A stretch of 64,000 nt of DNA, the filler included, from Nanobdellota archaeon (GTDB lineage: Archaea; Nanobdellota; Nanobdellia; Woesearchaeales; CAZZGN01), in assembly GCA_051819665.1 (NCBI GenBank). It is 5 parts of 5 records of this genome, joined end to end, with 100 filler letters (N's around TTAATTAATTAA, not from the genome) between each part and the next. Parts side by side here need not be neighbours in the genome. Positions count along the whole stretch, not along the records: positions 14,202 to 28,027 come from JBNJDG010000028.1; positions 28,128 to 41,645 come from JBNJDG010000029.1; 3 more parts are not named here. The stretch is one strand, 5' to 3'. Shown in pieces: positions 27,826 to 38,043 of the stretch (positions within the stretch are counted from its first letter, which is position 1; every line of letters starts with the position of its first letter). The position numbers and the translations under genes were made by a program. The notes below the pieces were generated by a model. That model saw nothing but the letters and a program-made list of their open reading frames with translations. It ran no database searches and was not told where the DNA came from.

Positions 27826-27920
27826 TCTTTCTCATCACTGCAGCAGCAAGGTTTCTTCTTTGCCTTCTTCTTCATCTTCTTGTCAAGCTTATCCATCAGT
27901 TTATCCATAAGATTCGCCAT
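27819..27920 (-). CDS. Small Lys/Cys-rich peptide (33 aa) MANLMDKLMDKLDKKMKKKAKKKPCCCSDEKEC
   Basis: Read manually; GGGGGT SD-like upstream; stop overlaps the permease start. Confidence 0.65.
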   Translation of the reverse strand: MANLMDKLMDKLDKKMKKKAKKKPCCCSDEKEC

Positions 27921-28027
27921 ATATTATACCCCCTGTAATTTATTTTTCGATAATTGTATGCTTGTTCAAAGAAGTATATATTTAAGAGTTTTTAATGACA
28001 GTGTTAATAATCCTATCGCAATTTCAG

Positions 28028-28127
28028 NNNNNNNNNNNNNNNNNNNNNNNNNNNNNNNNNNNNNNNNNNNNTTAATTAATTAANNNNNNNNNNNNNNNNN
28101 NNNNNNNNNNNNNNNNNNNNNNNNNNN
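28028..28127. other. Artificial contig linker
   Basis: 44 N + TTAATTAATTAA + 44 N. Confidence 0.97.
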
Positions 28128-29523
28128 GGTGGAGACTTTCAATTCCTTCTGTGAGAAATTCCTTAAGACACAGAACAACATGAAGGTCATAAACTACAGG
28201 CAGAAGAAAGAGATAATAAACAAGGCTGTCTCGGCTCTCGGGCTTTCTATCGGGGATGCCCTCGATCTCTATTTCACTCCCCAGCAGAAGAAAGGAAAGA
28301 CCAATGAGGAACTGGCCAATATCTTCCTCAATGACTGTTTCTTCATAAGGGATTATTCAAAGTTCAAAGGCGTCGAGGAGTTCTACACGGATGATAAGGC
28401 AGCTTCATTAGTTTTCTCGATATGCAGATATATAGATGCTTTCATGAAAAAGCACTCGCTGAGAGACTATGCGGACCAGTTGATGGACACCATAAACATC
28501 CTGAAAGAGAAGGAAGAGCTTATTCCTTCCTTTGAGCATATCCTCATAGATGAGTATCAGGACGTCAATACCTCCCAGGTGGAGCTTCTGAATATACTCT
28601 CACCTGACAATATCTTCTGTGTCGGCGACCCGAGACAGTCTATATACGGCTGGAGAGGCTCTGATATAAACTTCATACTCAATTTCCAGGAAAAAGGAGG
28701 ACAGGTCATAGCTCTAAGGAAGAACTACAGGTCTACAGGAAAGCTGGTGAAGCTTATGAACAAGGCCATCAAGGACATGAAGATGCCCGATCTCGAATCG
28801 GTGAAAGAGGGGGAGACTGATATGAGGCTCCTAAATTTCGGTTCTGAAAGCGCAGAGTTCGAGTTCGTGATCCAGGGTATCTTATCCTCAAAGACACCTT
28901 ATGAGGAGATAATCGTCCTCGCGAGGACTAACAGGCAGCTCAAGGAACTCTCTCTGAAGATGAAGGAGAGAGGGATAAAACACGTCCTGAGGAGTGATGA
29001 GCTAAGGAGATCAGTAGAAGCAGGTAAGGACGAGGTCACTCTCGCCACGATCCATGCAATAAAGGGGCTCGAGGCAGAGAAAGTCTTCGTGATTGGATGT
29101 AATAGCCTGAATTTCCCCTGTAAAGGGAGCGAACACCCGGTCGTTGACATGGTTAAAGTTGATGAATACGACCAGGAGGAAGAGGAGAAAAGGCTGTTCT
29201 ATGTTGCCATAAGCAGGGCCAGGAAGAACCTTTACCTTACATATTCGGGAACGAGGCCTACATATTTCATCACCGACAGCATGAAGGATATGCTCACTAC
29301 AGCCGAGAAACCGAAGAATGTGGTGGATAAACTGAAGGAATGGAGGAAGGAGATGAGCAGGAAATACAGCGTAGCTCCCTATCTTATACTCTCAGACAAG
29401 GCGATAATCGACCTTTCCATAAAGATGCCCATGGAGAGGTATGACCTTAAGGAGATCTATGGCATGGGTCCCTCGAAGATATCCAGGTTCGGTGACCAGA
29501 TACTTGATGTGCTTCACAACTAA
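28128..29523 (+). CDS. UvrD/Rep-family helicase with C-terminal HRDC domain, 5' truncated
   Basis: LIDEYQD, VGDPRQSIYGWRG, NYRS, TIHAIKGLE, EEKRLFYVAISRA; HRDC LKEWRKEMSRKYSVAPYLILSD. Confidence 0.92.
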
Positions 29524-29547
29524 AAATATTTAAACCACCTTTATGTA

Positions 29548-30612
29548 GTGATGGATATGTTTTACGTTGACAACGAAGAGAAACTTGAACAGGCAGTTTC
29601 GGAACTGAGTAAGTATGAGGTCATAGGTATAGACCTTGAATGTGAGAACAATCTCCATCATTACGGGCAGAAACTAGCTCTGATACAGATCTCCTCGGAT
29701 GACAAGGATTATGTTATAGATCCTATCACTATCAAGGATATCTCAGCTTTTAAGAAGCTCATGCATGATGACAGGATAACGAAGATATTCCATGATGTGA
29801 ATTTCGATTTCGAGGTTCTCCAGAGACTGGGATGCAAGCCGAAGAACATCTTCGATTCACAGCTAGCGGCTTCCTTCCTTGATTTCGAGAAGACAGGGCT
29901 GAAAAGCCTTCTTGAAGAATTATACAATGTCTCGCCCGAGAAGAAGTTCCAGAAAGCGGACTGGACGAAGAGGCCTTTGAAGAAAGAGATGCTCGAGTAT
30001 GCCGTCATGGACACCAAATACCTTATAGGCATCTACCATGAGCTCAGGAAGAGGCTTAAGAAAGAGGGTAAACTCTCCTGGGTTGAAGAGGAATTCAAAC
30101 ATCTTGAGAACAAGGATTATCCAAACAAAAAACCCACTTATATAGATGTGAAGGGCGCGAAATCACTAGAGGATACAGACAGAGCTGTATTCAAGAGGCT
30201 CTTCGATCTTAGGGAGAGGCTGGCCAGTAAAGTGGACAGGCCGGTGCATTTCCTGATCCATTCAAAGAGGCTTATAGAGCTCGCGAAACAGAAGAACACT
30301 TCAGTCAAATTCTGGAGCAATCTCAAAAGGGTGCATCCTATCGTGAGGAAGAAAGCAGAAGATTTCTCCAAAGCCGTCAGGAAGGGGAAGGAGGAGAAAC
30401 TGCCTTTCAGGAAAGAGAACAAGAAGCTCAAGCCTGTCCAGAAAAAACATTATTCAGAGCTCCTGGAGAAGAGGAAGAAGATTGCGGAGGAGAATAATAT
30501 CGAACCCTCTCAATTGATGAGCAAGGACCAGATCCTCGACATCGTCCTTACAGGTAAGAACAGATCACTCAGGGATTGGCAGAAGAGACTAATGTCTCAG
30601 AACCTGTCCTGA
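29548..30612 (+). CDS. rnd: Ribonuclease D-like DEDDy exonuclease with HRDC domain
   Basis: GIDLE, LALIQIS, KIFHD..FD, FDSQLAA, DWTKRPL..YAVMD. Confidence 0.88.
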   Translation: MMDMFYVDNEEKLEQAVSELSKYEVIGIDLECENNLHHYGQKLALIQISSDDKDYVIDPITIKDISAFKKLMHDDRITKIFHDVNFDFEVLQRLGCKPKNIFDSQLAASFLDFEKTGLKSLLEELYNVSPEKKFQKADWTKRPLKKEMLEYAVMDTKYLIGIYHELRKRLKKEGKLSWVEEEFKHLENKDYPNKKPTYIDVKGAKSLEDTDRAVFKRLFDLRERLASKVDRPVHFLIHSKRLIELAKQKNTSVKFWSNLKRVHPIVRKKAEDFSKAVRKGKEEKLPFRKENKKLKPVQKKHYSELLEKRKKIAEENNIEPSQLMSKDQILDIVLTGKNRSLRDWQKRLMSQNLS

Positions 30613-31259
30613 TTCTCATATATATTGAGCGCGTTCTCTGCGGCTTCTGTAGGCGTAGTTCCTTTCACATAAACATCGGGTTCCCAGTCATTTACAAAAG
30701 TTCTGTCCCTGCCTATCTCAAGATTCTTCATATATTCTCCCTTTTTATTGAGGAAGCTATCATCGATGCTTTTCAATGAAGAGAGTTTCTCGAAAGCACT
30801 ATACCCATTATTCTTCAGGACATCAAAGAACTTATAGCTTCCGTCATCATTGCCAATTATGATATTATACGCTGAGGTGTTCTCTGCTATCATCCTGTCA
30901 ATCGAAGAGAATATCCTGTAATTATCGTCTATCTCCTCAAATATTTCTTTCACCGGCTGAATAAGGTCATCAAGATTCCTATATAGCTCATTTATGCTCT
31001 TCAGAATCTCAGGAGACAGGTCATCCCTGCCAAGGTTATCAACTAATGTGCCTTTCCAGAGATGGGTGAAAGCAACATTCCCATAGTCTTCCCTTATCTT
31101 CTCAGGATAATCAAGGGTGACCTTGACTATAGAATCCCCTAGATTTTCTATATAAGCTCCGTTGATAAGGGGGCCCTGCTCTTCCAGGCTTGCCGGGGTT
31201 CTGCTGTTAGGTGTATAGATATCAAGCCTTTTGATCCCGAGTGAATGTCCTTTTTCCAT
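30597..31259 (-). CDS. Hypothetical protein
   Basis: 220-aa ORF; no recognised motif. Confidence 0.6.
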   Translation of the reverse strand: MEKGHSLGIKRLDIYTPNSRTPASLEEQGPLINGAYIENLGDSIVKVTLDYPEKIREDYGNVAFTHLWKGTLVDNLGRDDLSPEILKSINELYRNLDDLIQPVKEIFEEIDDNYRIFSSIDRMIAENTSAYNIIIGNDDGSYKFFDVLKNNGYSAFEKLSSLKSIDDSFLNKKGEYMKNLEIGRDRTFVNDWEPDVYVKGTTPTEAAENALNIYENQDRF

Positions 31260-31281
31260 AGTGATGGGATAAGAAAACTCA

Positions 31282-31497
31282 TTAATTAAGTTTATTGCTC
31301 CTGAAATTGATGCCTTTCTCTATGAAAGAGAGAAGTATCTTCGCATCTTCCACTTCTATATTGAACAGCTTTGCGAACTCATCAACTTCAACATTGCCCT
31401 TCTTGAGGACATAATCCGCTATCTCATCAGCTTTCTCTTCAAGCCCGTACTTCCTTATGACCTCATCGAATTTCTTTTTATGCTCGTTTATGTCCAT
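31282..31497 (-). CDS. Small hypothetical protein, possibly HTH-like
   Basis: VEVDEFAKLFNIEVEDAKILLSFIEKG. Confidence 0.6.
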   Translation of the reverse strand: MDINEHKKKFDEVIRKYGLEEKADEIADYVLKKGNVEVDEFAKLFNIEVEDAKILLSFIEKGINFRSNKLN

Positions 31498-31543
31498 GAT
31501 TATCACAAAATATGCAGTTGTATAAAATATTTACGGATATTCT

Positions 31544-32479
31544 TCAATTTCTAACGGTAATCAGCATATCATCAACTTCTTCATCTGAAAGCTGCCTTGT
31601 GCTTATCTTTCCCTGGTCGTCCTTTATATCTGCACCTGTGTCCTTCGCATAGTACCTTATCAATGAAGCTGCTGTCTCCCTGTCCTTCCCGTCTAAAAGA
31701 GCTGTAGGACCTTTCTCATCAACAGGCTTAATAAGGGTCTCATGCTTTCTCATCTCTTCAAGAGCCTCGTTATCTTCCTTGTTCCTTCCAACTATTATCT
31801 TCTCTCCCCCTTTCCTGAAATGCCTGCCTATGCTCAATAATTTCATATCCCTTACAGAGAAATCCCTCTTATACCTGAGCATGTCGAAAACTTTCGGTGC
31901 AAATCTGGGTTCTGTAAGGAGACAATTCCCTCCCGGAGCGAAAGAGCTGTTGATACCGTATCTTTCCGTGTATTCTTCGTGATATTTCCTGGATCTTCCC
32001 TCTATGGACGGGAAGCTGCTCGTGTCCACATCAGCATCGACAGGAGGAAGAATGCCCGCAGATAAAGGCCTAAGTATCTTCCCCTTAAGGCCGAGATGCT
32101 TCTCCATATAGAGGAACCTCTCTTTCTGCTGCGACATAGGCCTCTGCCCGAGGACCTCGCCTGTGATTATAAGATCGGCATTCTCTTTCTGCATAATCTC
32201 TTTCGCTTTCCTGAGCATGAGCATCCGGCAGTCTATGCAGGGGTTTGCGTTCTTACCAAAACCCCTTCTCGGATTTTTCAGGACTTCCTTATAATCTTCA
32301 CTGGCATCAAAGACCTCTATATCTATATCATTAGCATCAGCTGCCTCTCTGAGTTTCTCTTCATTGCCGAAGAAAGGCGTTACAAAGGATACGGCCTTCA
32401 CCTCTATGCCGTGATCCTCGGCAAGCTTTACCGCCAGCATGCTGTCAAATCCACCTGAGAAAAGTGCTATCGCTTTCAT
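31544..32479 (-). CDS. PP-loop tRNA sulfurtransferase-like protein (ThiI/TrmU-related, with DUF814-like C-terminus)
   Basis: SGGFDS, NPCIDCR, TGEVLGQRPMSQ, ILRPLSA, GGNCLLT, GRHFR, IVGRN. Confidence 0.85.
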   Translation of the reverse strand: MKAIALFSGGFDSMLAVKLAEDHGIEVKAVSFVTPFFGNEEKLREAADANDIDIEVFDASEDYKEVLKNPRRGFGKNANPCIDCRMLMLRKAKEIMQKENADLIITGEVLGQRPMSQQKERFLYMEKHLGLKGKILRPLSAGILPPVDADVDTSSFPSIEGRSRKYHEEYTERYGINSSFAPGGNCLLTEPRFAPKVFDMLRYKRDFSVRDMKLLSIGRHFRKGGEKIIVGRNKEDNEALEEMRKHETLIKPVDEKGPTALLDGKDRETAASLIRYYAKDTGADIKDDQGKISTRQLSDEEVDDMLITVRN

Positions 32480-32530
32480 TTTTTCACTGTGTTCCTATAA
32501 GCCTTATTTAAGAGTTCTGGAAGATGTTTA

Positions 32531-33040
32531 CTAAGAACCTCCGAAATATTCAAACATGTTGATAACTTCATATTCTTCCCCTACCTCATAGTTCATTGAA
32601 TATTCAGGTGCATTATCCATGAGGAACTTCTTATCAAGGGTTTCCGGGCCATCAAAAAATCCTTTTTTCAGGAATTTCTCTTTAAAGAACATGTTTTCAT
32701 AATTGTTCTGAAGTGACTGGATAATCTGTCCAAGATCACCTATCCTTTTCGGGACCATACCATCTATCCAGCCATTATTCTCTTTATCATTGAAAATTCT
32801 TATATAACCTAATATGTCTTGATTATTATCAAAAGAAAAATAATCCACTTCTGGATTATAAAAATCATTCTTTGCTTTTTCATATTTCTCAAGATTGGTC
32901 ATCTTGATGCCATCTAAACTAGAACCCTTCCCTATGCAGGAATTATTAGCTGATGCAATCCTCTGGAGCTCTTCAAAATCATCTAAGGGTTTAACCTTAT
33001 AACTTATCTTCTCTGGTTCAAAAACAGGGTCTCTGTTCAT
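32531..33040 (-). CDS. Hypothetical protein in an AT-rich patch
   Basis: 169-aa ORF with an upstream TATA-like element. Confidence 0.55.
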   Translation of the reverse strand: MNRDPVFEPEKISYKVKPLDDFEELQRIASANNSCIGKGSSLDGIKMTNLEKYEKAKNDFYNPEVDYFSFDNNQDILGYIRIFNDKENNGWIDGMVPKRIGDLGQIIQSLQNNYENMFFKEKFLKKGFFDGPETLDKKFLMDNAPEYSMNYEVGEEYEVINMFEYFGGS

Positions 33041-33145
33041 ATTTTTTGAGGTAAAATTACCACTATATAAAAGTAACTATTTTTTTAAGGGACATAATTG
33101 AAAGAGGCTTATTTTTTATCAAATTCGTCTTAGTTGTCATACATC

Positions 33146-33331
33146 TTATAAATCCGACAATCTCTTGAATTTTCCCTTGCTTATGCTTTTTAGAGAAGAT
33201 TTTATGTCTTTCATAACCTTCTTATCGCTAAGAATTTCTCAAGTTACCCTTAACTCCTTATTTTCTTTTTTCAGTCTATCATTCGGGAAAAGATTGATTC
33301 TTCTTTTCAGATTAGTTTTTTTATGAATCAT
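33146..33331 (-). pseudogene. Decayed antitoxin-like gene (internal TGA) followed by a remnant of a RelE-like start
   Basis: MIHKK..KELRVT*EILSDKKVMKDIKSSLKSISKGKFKRLSDL; GGTGG SD; next ATG at 33144 reads MYDN*DEFDKK*. Confidence 0.55.
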
Positions 33332-33411
33332 CAAACCACCTGTGTATTATAATATTTAGTTTTCTATAAACTTTTTGCAAGATTATCCGGAAATCCTCTA
33401 TACATTGTTTT

Positions 33412-33774
33412 TTACGCTTCAGCTATTGAAGGGCTTGATTTAGCGATCCTCGGGATTGAGAAGACCGGATTTATCTTATCATTAGATTTACTCAATAATT
33501 CAAGCCTGACAATCATCAGATTCCCTTTATAAGTTGTTTTCACCATGCAACTTTCAAGACCTGTTAAGATCTCCTTGAGTTTTCTACTTCTTTCCCCTGT
33601 AATTTCCCTTAGAAATTTTGAAGCATTCACGATTTGTATCCCAACAAATTCTTTCTTACTATCATAATCAAAGACAATATCCCCTAATTCAACACTGCCT
33701 TTGGACTTTGATCTAGGCCTGAATAATAAAAGATCATCATTCTCCACATCATAACTAAAATTAAATTTTCGCAT
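33412..33774 (-). CDS. DUF2283-like protein
   Basis: FSYDVENDDLLLF..GDIVFDYDSKKEFVGIQIVNASKFL. Confidence 0.75.
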   Translation of the reverse strand: MRKFNFSYDVENDDLLLFRPRSKSKGSVELGDIVFDYDSKKEFVGIQIVNASKFLREITGERSRKLKEILTGLESCMVKTTYKGNLMIVRLELLSKSNDKINPVFSIPRIAKSSPSIAEA

Positions 33775-33890
33775 ATTTCTCAACCAGATTTAGTTCATCA
33801 GATATAAAAAATTATCTTTTCTTAATAAATTTATACCAGAAAAATCCGGAAATCTTCTATCACCAGAATTAGTAGGGGGGAAAGGTAATA

Positions 33891-33962
33891 TGCGCTGACC
33901 GGGATTTGAACCCGGATCGACGGCTTGGAAGGCCGCAATCATAGCCATTAGACCATCAGCGC
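33891..33962 (-). tRNA. tRNA-Gly(TCC), no intron, CCA not encoded
   Basis: GCGCTGA/TCAGCGC acceptor stem; GCGGC-CTTCCAA-GCCGT anticodon arm; CCGGG-TTCAAAT-CCCGG T arm. Confidence 0.96.
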
Positions 33963-33998
33963 TTATGAAGCTCTGGAAAAACACGTCATTTATAAAGT

Positions 33999-35030
33999 TT
34001 ACTTTTTGACCTGGTCCTTCAGCTGCTCAATGAAAACATCGAAATGCTCTGCATTGATGCAGCTTCCACATGCATGCTCATGACCTCCGCCATAACCATC
34101 AATATCAACAAGGGCTTTCTCAAGTTTAGGAGGTATGTTTATCTGCTGACCCCTTATAGACAGCTTGTACTCACCGTTCTTCTTCCTTCCGACGATGATG
34201 ACCTTATCAGGATTCCTGTGCTGGAGATAATTGGAGATCTCTTTAGAGAAACTGTAATTCTTCGCCTCGTATATGAAAGAGATAATCCCGTCCTCCTCTT
34301 CCTGCTCAAGGGCCCTGTCAAGGAGAGCTTTGTATTCCTCATACATCGGCTTTACCTTCCTGGCAATGTAATCTCCCTGCTGGCTTGTCCTGTTGATTAT
34401 CTCATAAGGGCTCTTTATCTCAAGCAGTTTCTTCACACACCTCTTCCCGTGATTCGTATCGCCCTTGAGCACCATGGATATCGTGGTTATGAGCTCGCTG
34501 AACTTTGTGTCGAAGAGAGCCTCAGAAGGAGAGGAAGGCATCTCGCCTATAAGGTCAGGATATTCTTTTATGAATTCAGGTAAGTAAGAGGGAAGTGTCC
34601 AGTCACCGATTGCTCCAAGAGCAGCTATCCAGAGATCCTCTTCCACAGCCTTATAACATATCTCTGTAGTAGAGATGTTCTCCGGATATTCCTCATCATG
34701 AGGGTTTATGGAAACAATATATTCCGGCTGGCTCTCATGCTCGTGATGATCAACCCAGACTATAGGCACATTGATCCCTTCAAGGAAAACCTCATCAATA
34801 TTAGGGATATCAAGGATGAAAATCTTGTCAGGATCATGCTTCTCAACCTGCCTGAGGAACATCTCTCCCACTCTCGGGACTGATTTGACGAAAGTGCCGT
34901 GACCCTCTCCCTTGTATCTCCTTAATATAAGATAAGAGCTGAGCCCGTCAGGATCATCATCATACAGGAAAAGCGGGTTCTTGCATGAATCAAGCTCCTC
35001 TTTCAGTCTCCTGAATCTCTCTTCCTTCAT
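33999..35030 (-). CDS. DHH/DHHA1 phosphoesterase (RecJ/NrnA-like)
   Basis: DDDPDG, ILD, VDHH, IGD, GGGHEHACG. Confidence 0.9.
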   Translation of the reverse strand: MKEERFRRLKEELDSCKNPLFLYDDDPDGLSSYLILRRYKGEGHGTFVKSVPRVGEMFLRQVEKHDPDKIFILDIPNIDEVFLEGINVPIVWVDHHEHESQPEYIVSINPHDEEYPENISTTEICYKAVEEDLWIAALGAIGDWTLPSYLPEFIKEYPDLIGEMPSSPSEALFDTKFSELITTISMVLKGDTNHGKRCVKKLLEIKSPYEIINRTSQQGDYIARKVKPMYEEYKALLDRALEQEEEDGIISFIYEAKNYSFSKEISNYLQHRNPDKVIIVGRKKNGEYKLSIRGQQINIPPKLEKALVDIDGYGGGHEHACGSCINAEHFDVFIEQLKDQVKK

Positions 35031-35137
35031 AGGAGCTGGTTCTTTGGTGTAGTTTATAAACGTTTTTGTTGACTGTTAACACTCGATGATGACAAAAAAT
35101 AAAAAAATTTATTAAAGAGCATGCTCTGCTAGCCTCT

Positions 35138-35587
35138 ATGGACGAGACAGAACAAGTGAACAAAACATTAAAGCAATATGGCTTCAAAAGGGATAATTAT
35201 CTGAAGATCATTGGGGCATATGTGAATGCAAAGAAGGAAGCTGAAAGTATAGCTGAGTTCACCGGAAACAAATTCTCTGAACATCTGAAGAATCAATCCT
35301 CTCTTGACAGGCTGGAAGATATAAAATGCTATGAACTCTGTTTCAGGGAAGAATTTAAGAAAGACTACTTACAAAGATTCAGGGATGAACTAAGACCTTC
35401 TCAGAAAGATTCACTCCTAAGGACAGGCCATACAATCGACAAGCTCTCCAAGGATCTCTCCAGGATATACACTAAACCGAAGATCAATGAGGCTTTGAAA
35501 GAACGCTACAGCGAGTCTAAAGAGAGGCAGTATGTACACCAGAAGACCTATGGTTCAATGGACATAAATGAAGGCAGCCTTAACTGA
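35138..35587 (+). CDS. Hypothetical protein
   Basis: 149-aa ORF; likely co-transcribed with the next gene. Confidence 0.6.
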   Translation: MDETEQVNKTLKQYGFKRDNYLKIIGAYVNAKKEAESIAEFTGNKFSEHLKNQSSLDRLEDIKCYELCFREEFKKDYLQRFRDELRPSQKDSLLRTGHTIDKLSKDLSRIYTKPKINEALKERYSESKERQYVHQKTYGSMDINEGSLN

Positions 35588-35590
35588 AAA

Positions 35591-36229
35591 ATGGAGAAGA
35601 TCTTCAATATCCTGGAAAAGTATGGTGTCTCCCAGAGTATAGAGGACGCATTAAAGGTGGAGGAAGCTTTCAGAAAAACATTATCCGAGAGAGTAACCTA
35701 TAACATAAGGAAGAGCAGCCTTCAGATTTTCCACAGTATAATAAGAGAATCCTGGAAAGAGCTCCGTCAATACGGAAAACCTGAAGAGGTTCTCTCTGAG
35801 ATGAAAAGAAGCCTCCACGAATCAGTAAAAGACTATCCTCTCAATCTTCTCACAGGAGAGGAGGAATCACAGGTATATTCAGAAAAGATATCGAAGCTCA
35901 TCTCTGACCACTGCATCACCGATTCACTCTTTTCAGAGAGGGATACCTCTTATGATGATATGGAACTTTTCCTTGCAAAGAAGAATCTCAGCCAATTCTA
36001 TAGCAACAGACTCAGGAAGAACCTGGCCGAAAAACTCGTCTCCAAAGGAGGTTACAGTATGGAGACAATCAACAACCTGGCAGATGACCTGAGCAAGCAT
36101 ATGTTAGAAAAAAACTTGTTGTCCAAGGATAATTATCCGACGATGAACAGAACAGAAAATCCCAGTAAGAAAGGACCGCTAAAAAAGACAGATTACACAA
36201 AAGGATCACTTAAACATCTCCGGAACTGA
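35591..36229 (+). CDS. Hypothetical protein
   Basis: 212-aa ORF starting 3 nt after the previous stop. Confidence 0.6.
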   Translation: MEKIFNILEKYGVSQSIEDALKVEEAFRKTLSERVTYNIRKSSLQIFHSIIRESWKELRQYGKPEEVLSEMKRSLHESVKDYPLNLLTGEEESQVYSEKISKLISDHCITDSLFSERDTSYDDMELFLAKKNLSQFYSNRLRKNLAEKLVSKGGYSMETINNLADDLSKHMLEKNLLSKDNYPTMNRTENPSKKGPLKKTDYTKGSLKHLRN

Positions 36230-36262
36230 AGAATTATAAATGAGCTCTTCTTACTATACTCT

Positions 36263-37462
36263 ATGAAGCTCCCGCCCATCAAGTGCGACCATAAGAACAA
36301 TAAGCACCCTGATTGCCCTATCTGCCAGTCCAGGAAGATAAGGTTCAATATGAAGAAAAAGTCGCTCAAGGAGAGTTTCTCCGGTTCTGCACCCACTCCT
36401 TTCATCGGAAGTTACAACTATCCCAATGTGAATGTAGGGATAATGAGCCCGCAATTCCTCAGCGAGAACAACTGGAAATACGACGCCCCGAGGTATTGGG
36501 CAAAGAAAGGTTTCTCCGTCAACAGCATAATGGGCCTTAGATCTGAATTGGTGAATGCAAGGAAAAAGGCTAACGTAAAGTCCGGTGACCGGCTGAAAGA
36601 GCTGAGCAAAGAGATAGGTATGGCCAAAAGACCTGTAGATGTGGAGATCGACCTGACCAAAAGACCCGTATTTACCTCGAATGTCAATAACATGATGGCT
36701 CCCACTGGGCCTAAAGCGGAGATAAAGAAAGCTAAAGCTACCTCGAACCCGAAGATAGACAGGAAAGTGGACAAGGTTGTTGATGACACTGATCTGAAAG
36801 CAGAAGATGCTATGTCATATCTATATAAAAACGAATTTGACGAGGCTTTCCTCAGCAAAGTCTTCTCGGTCGGACAGCTTGGAGTGAAAAGCCAGAGGAA
36901 GATGGTCCCTACGAAATGGAGCATCACCGCAGTAGACCAGAATCTGTGCAGTCAATTGAAAGAAAAGATAAAGGACAATAACCATTCAGACCATAAGGCT
37001 TTCTTCGGTGATCATCTGGGAAATTATTATATCATCATGCTCTTCCCGGACAGCTGGGGTTATGAGCTTTTCGAGGTCCATACGAGACGTCCTGATGTGA
37101 TTGCCTCTGATTCAGAAGGGGTCTTCGGGAGGAAAGATTATGTACAGGAGACTGCAGGTGCCTATTTCACAGCCCAGCTGGCCGCTCTTGAATATCTTGA
37201 AAAGGCTAAAAGGAAAGCGAAGATCCTCGCCATCAGGCTCATCACGGATGAGTATACTTCTCCTTTAGGCGTCTGGGTAACAAGGGAAGCGGCAAGGAAC
37301 GCTATGAAGAACACGCCAGTGACTTTCGCTGACCAGGATCTGATGTTAAAGTATGCCAAGGCCATTGCGAAGAAGAAGTTCGGTATAAGCATCGATCATA
37401 TAATACAGAAGAGCAGGCTCCTGAAGGAGAATAAGGAACAGACGAAGCTCAACTCCTTTTAG
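36263..37462 (+). CDS. nreA: Archaeal DNA repair protein Nre (DUF650/651)
   Basis: GSAPTPFIGSYNYPNVNVG, RKMVPTKWSITAVD, PLGVWVTRE, C-terminal PIP box QTKLNSF. Confidence 0.92.
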   Translation: MKLPPIKCDHKNNKHPDCPICQSRKIRFNMKKKSLKESFSGSAPTPFIGSYNYPNVNVGIMSPQFLSENNWKYDAPRYWAKKGFSVNSIMGLRSELVNARKKANVKSGDRLKELSKEIGMAKRPVDVEIDLTKRPVFTSNVNNMMAPTGPKAEIKKAKATSNPKIDRKVDKVVDDTDLKAEDAMSYLYKNEFDEAFLSKVFSVGQLGVKSQRKMVPTKWSITAVDQNLCSQLKEKIKDNNHSDHKAFFGDHLGNYYIIMLFPDSWGYELFEVHTRRPDVIASDSEGVFGRKDYVQETAGAYFTAQLAALEYLEKAKRKAKILAIRLITDEYTSPLGVWVTREAARNAMKNTPVTFADQDLMLKYAKAIAKKKFGISIDHIIQKSRLLKENKEQTKLNSF

Positions 37463-38042
37463 AATTCATGTAAGTGCCTTCCACAGAGATCGAGAGATCT
37501 TTCCAGGTGTAGTGTTTATCTCCAGCCTTCCATCCATAATTAGCGAGGATTATCGTACCTACCTGGTCTGCAAGTGCCATGCTCATCTTCAGGTTTGAAT
37601 TTTTTGAGACTTCTTTAGGCATTCCATATTTCACAAGCCTGTCTTCCTTCCAGAGGAATTCATTACCTACATAATTGTTGAAAGCCATCTCTGAATTATT
37701 TTTAAACCTTATCATTTTGGAACTGCCGGTAAGAAGAGAAGTGATGTCATCAAACTCCTCATAAACAATGAAATCTACTTTCATCCCTCCCTTATCCTTG
37801 GTGACAATACATGAGTCTGGCCTTTCAACAGCCAAACCATGGTATTTTCCATGAAAGCTGAGATAACCTTCCTGTACAAGCCTGAGATGATTAAAGATAG
37901 ATCTCCTGTATTCATCTATAGATTTGCCTGACCTGTTGAATTTCTCAGTTGAAAAACTATCGAACATGAAAAATTCAGTTCCGTCAATGATCCTTTTTAT
38001 CCCCTTATCGGGCATGTTCTTCAGGAGACTGTATTTTCTCAT
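37449..38042 (-). CDS. Hypothetical protein
   Basis: ORF immediately downstream of alaS. Confidence 0.55.
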   Translation of the reverse strand: MRKYSLLKNMPDKGIKRIIDGTEFFMFDSFSTEKFNRSGKSIDEYRRSIFNHLRLVQEGYLSFHGKYHGLAVERPDSCIVTKDKGGMKVDFIVYEEFDDITSLLTGSSKMIRFKNNSEMAFNNYVGNEFLWKEDRLVKYGMPKEVSKNSNLKMSMALADQVGTIILANYGWKAGDKHYTWKDLSISVEGTYMNSKRS

Positions 38043-38043
38043 A

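Noticed and set aside
33239..33241. In-frame TGA here and at 50646 as evidence for recoding or selenocysteine
   Set aside because: TGA ends conserved genes at their expected C-termini (rpoP, rnp4, mnmA); the context fits a nonsense mutation from Leu.
33790..33984. 64-aa ORF
   Set aside because: Overlaps tRNA-Gly; spurious.
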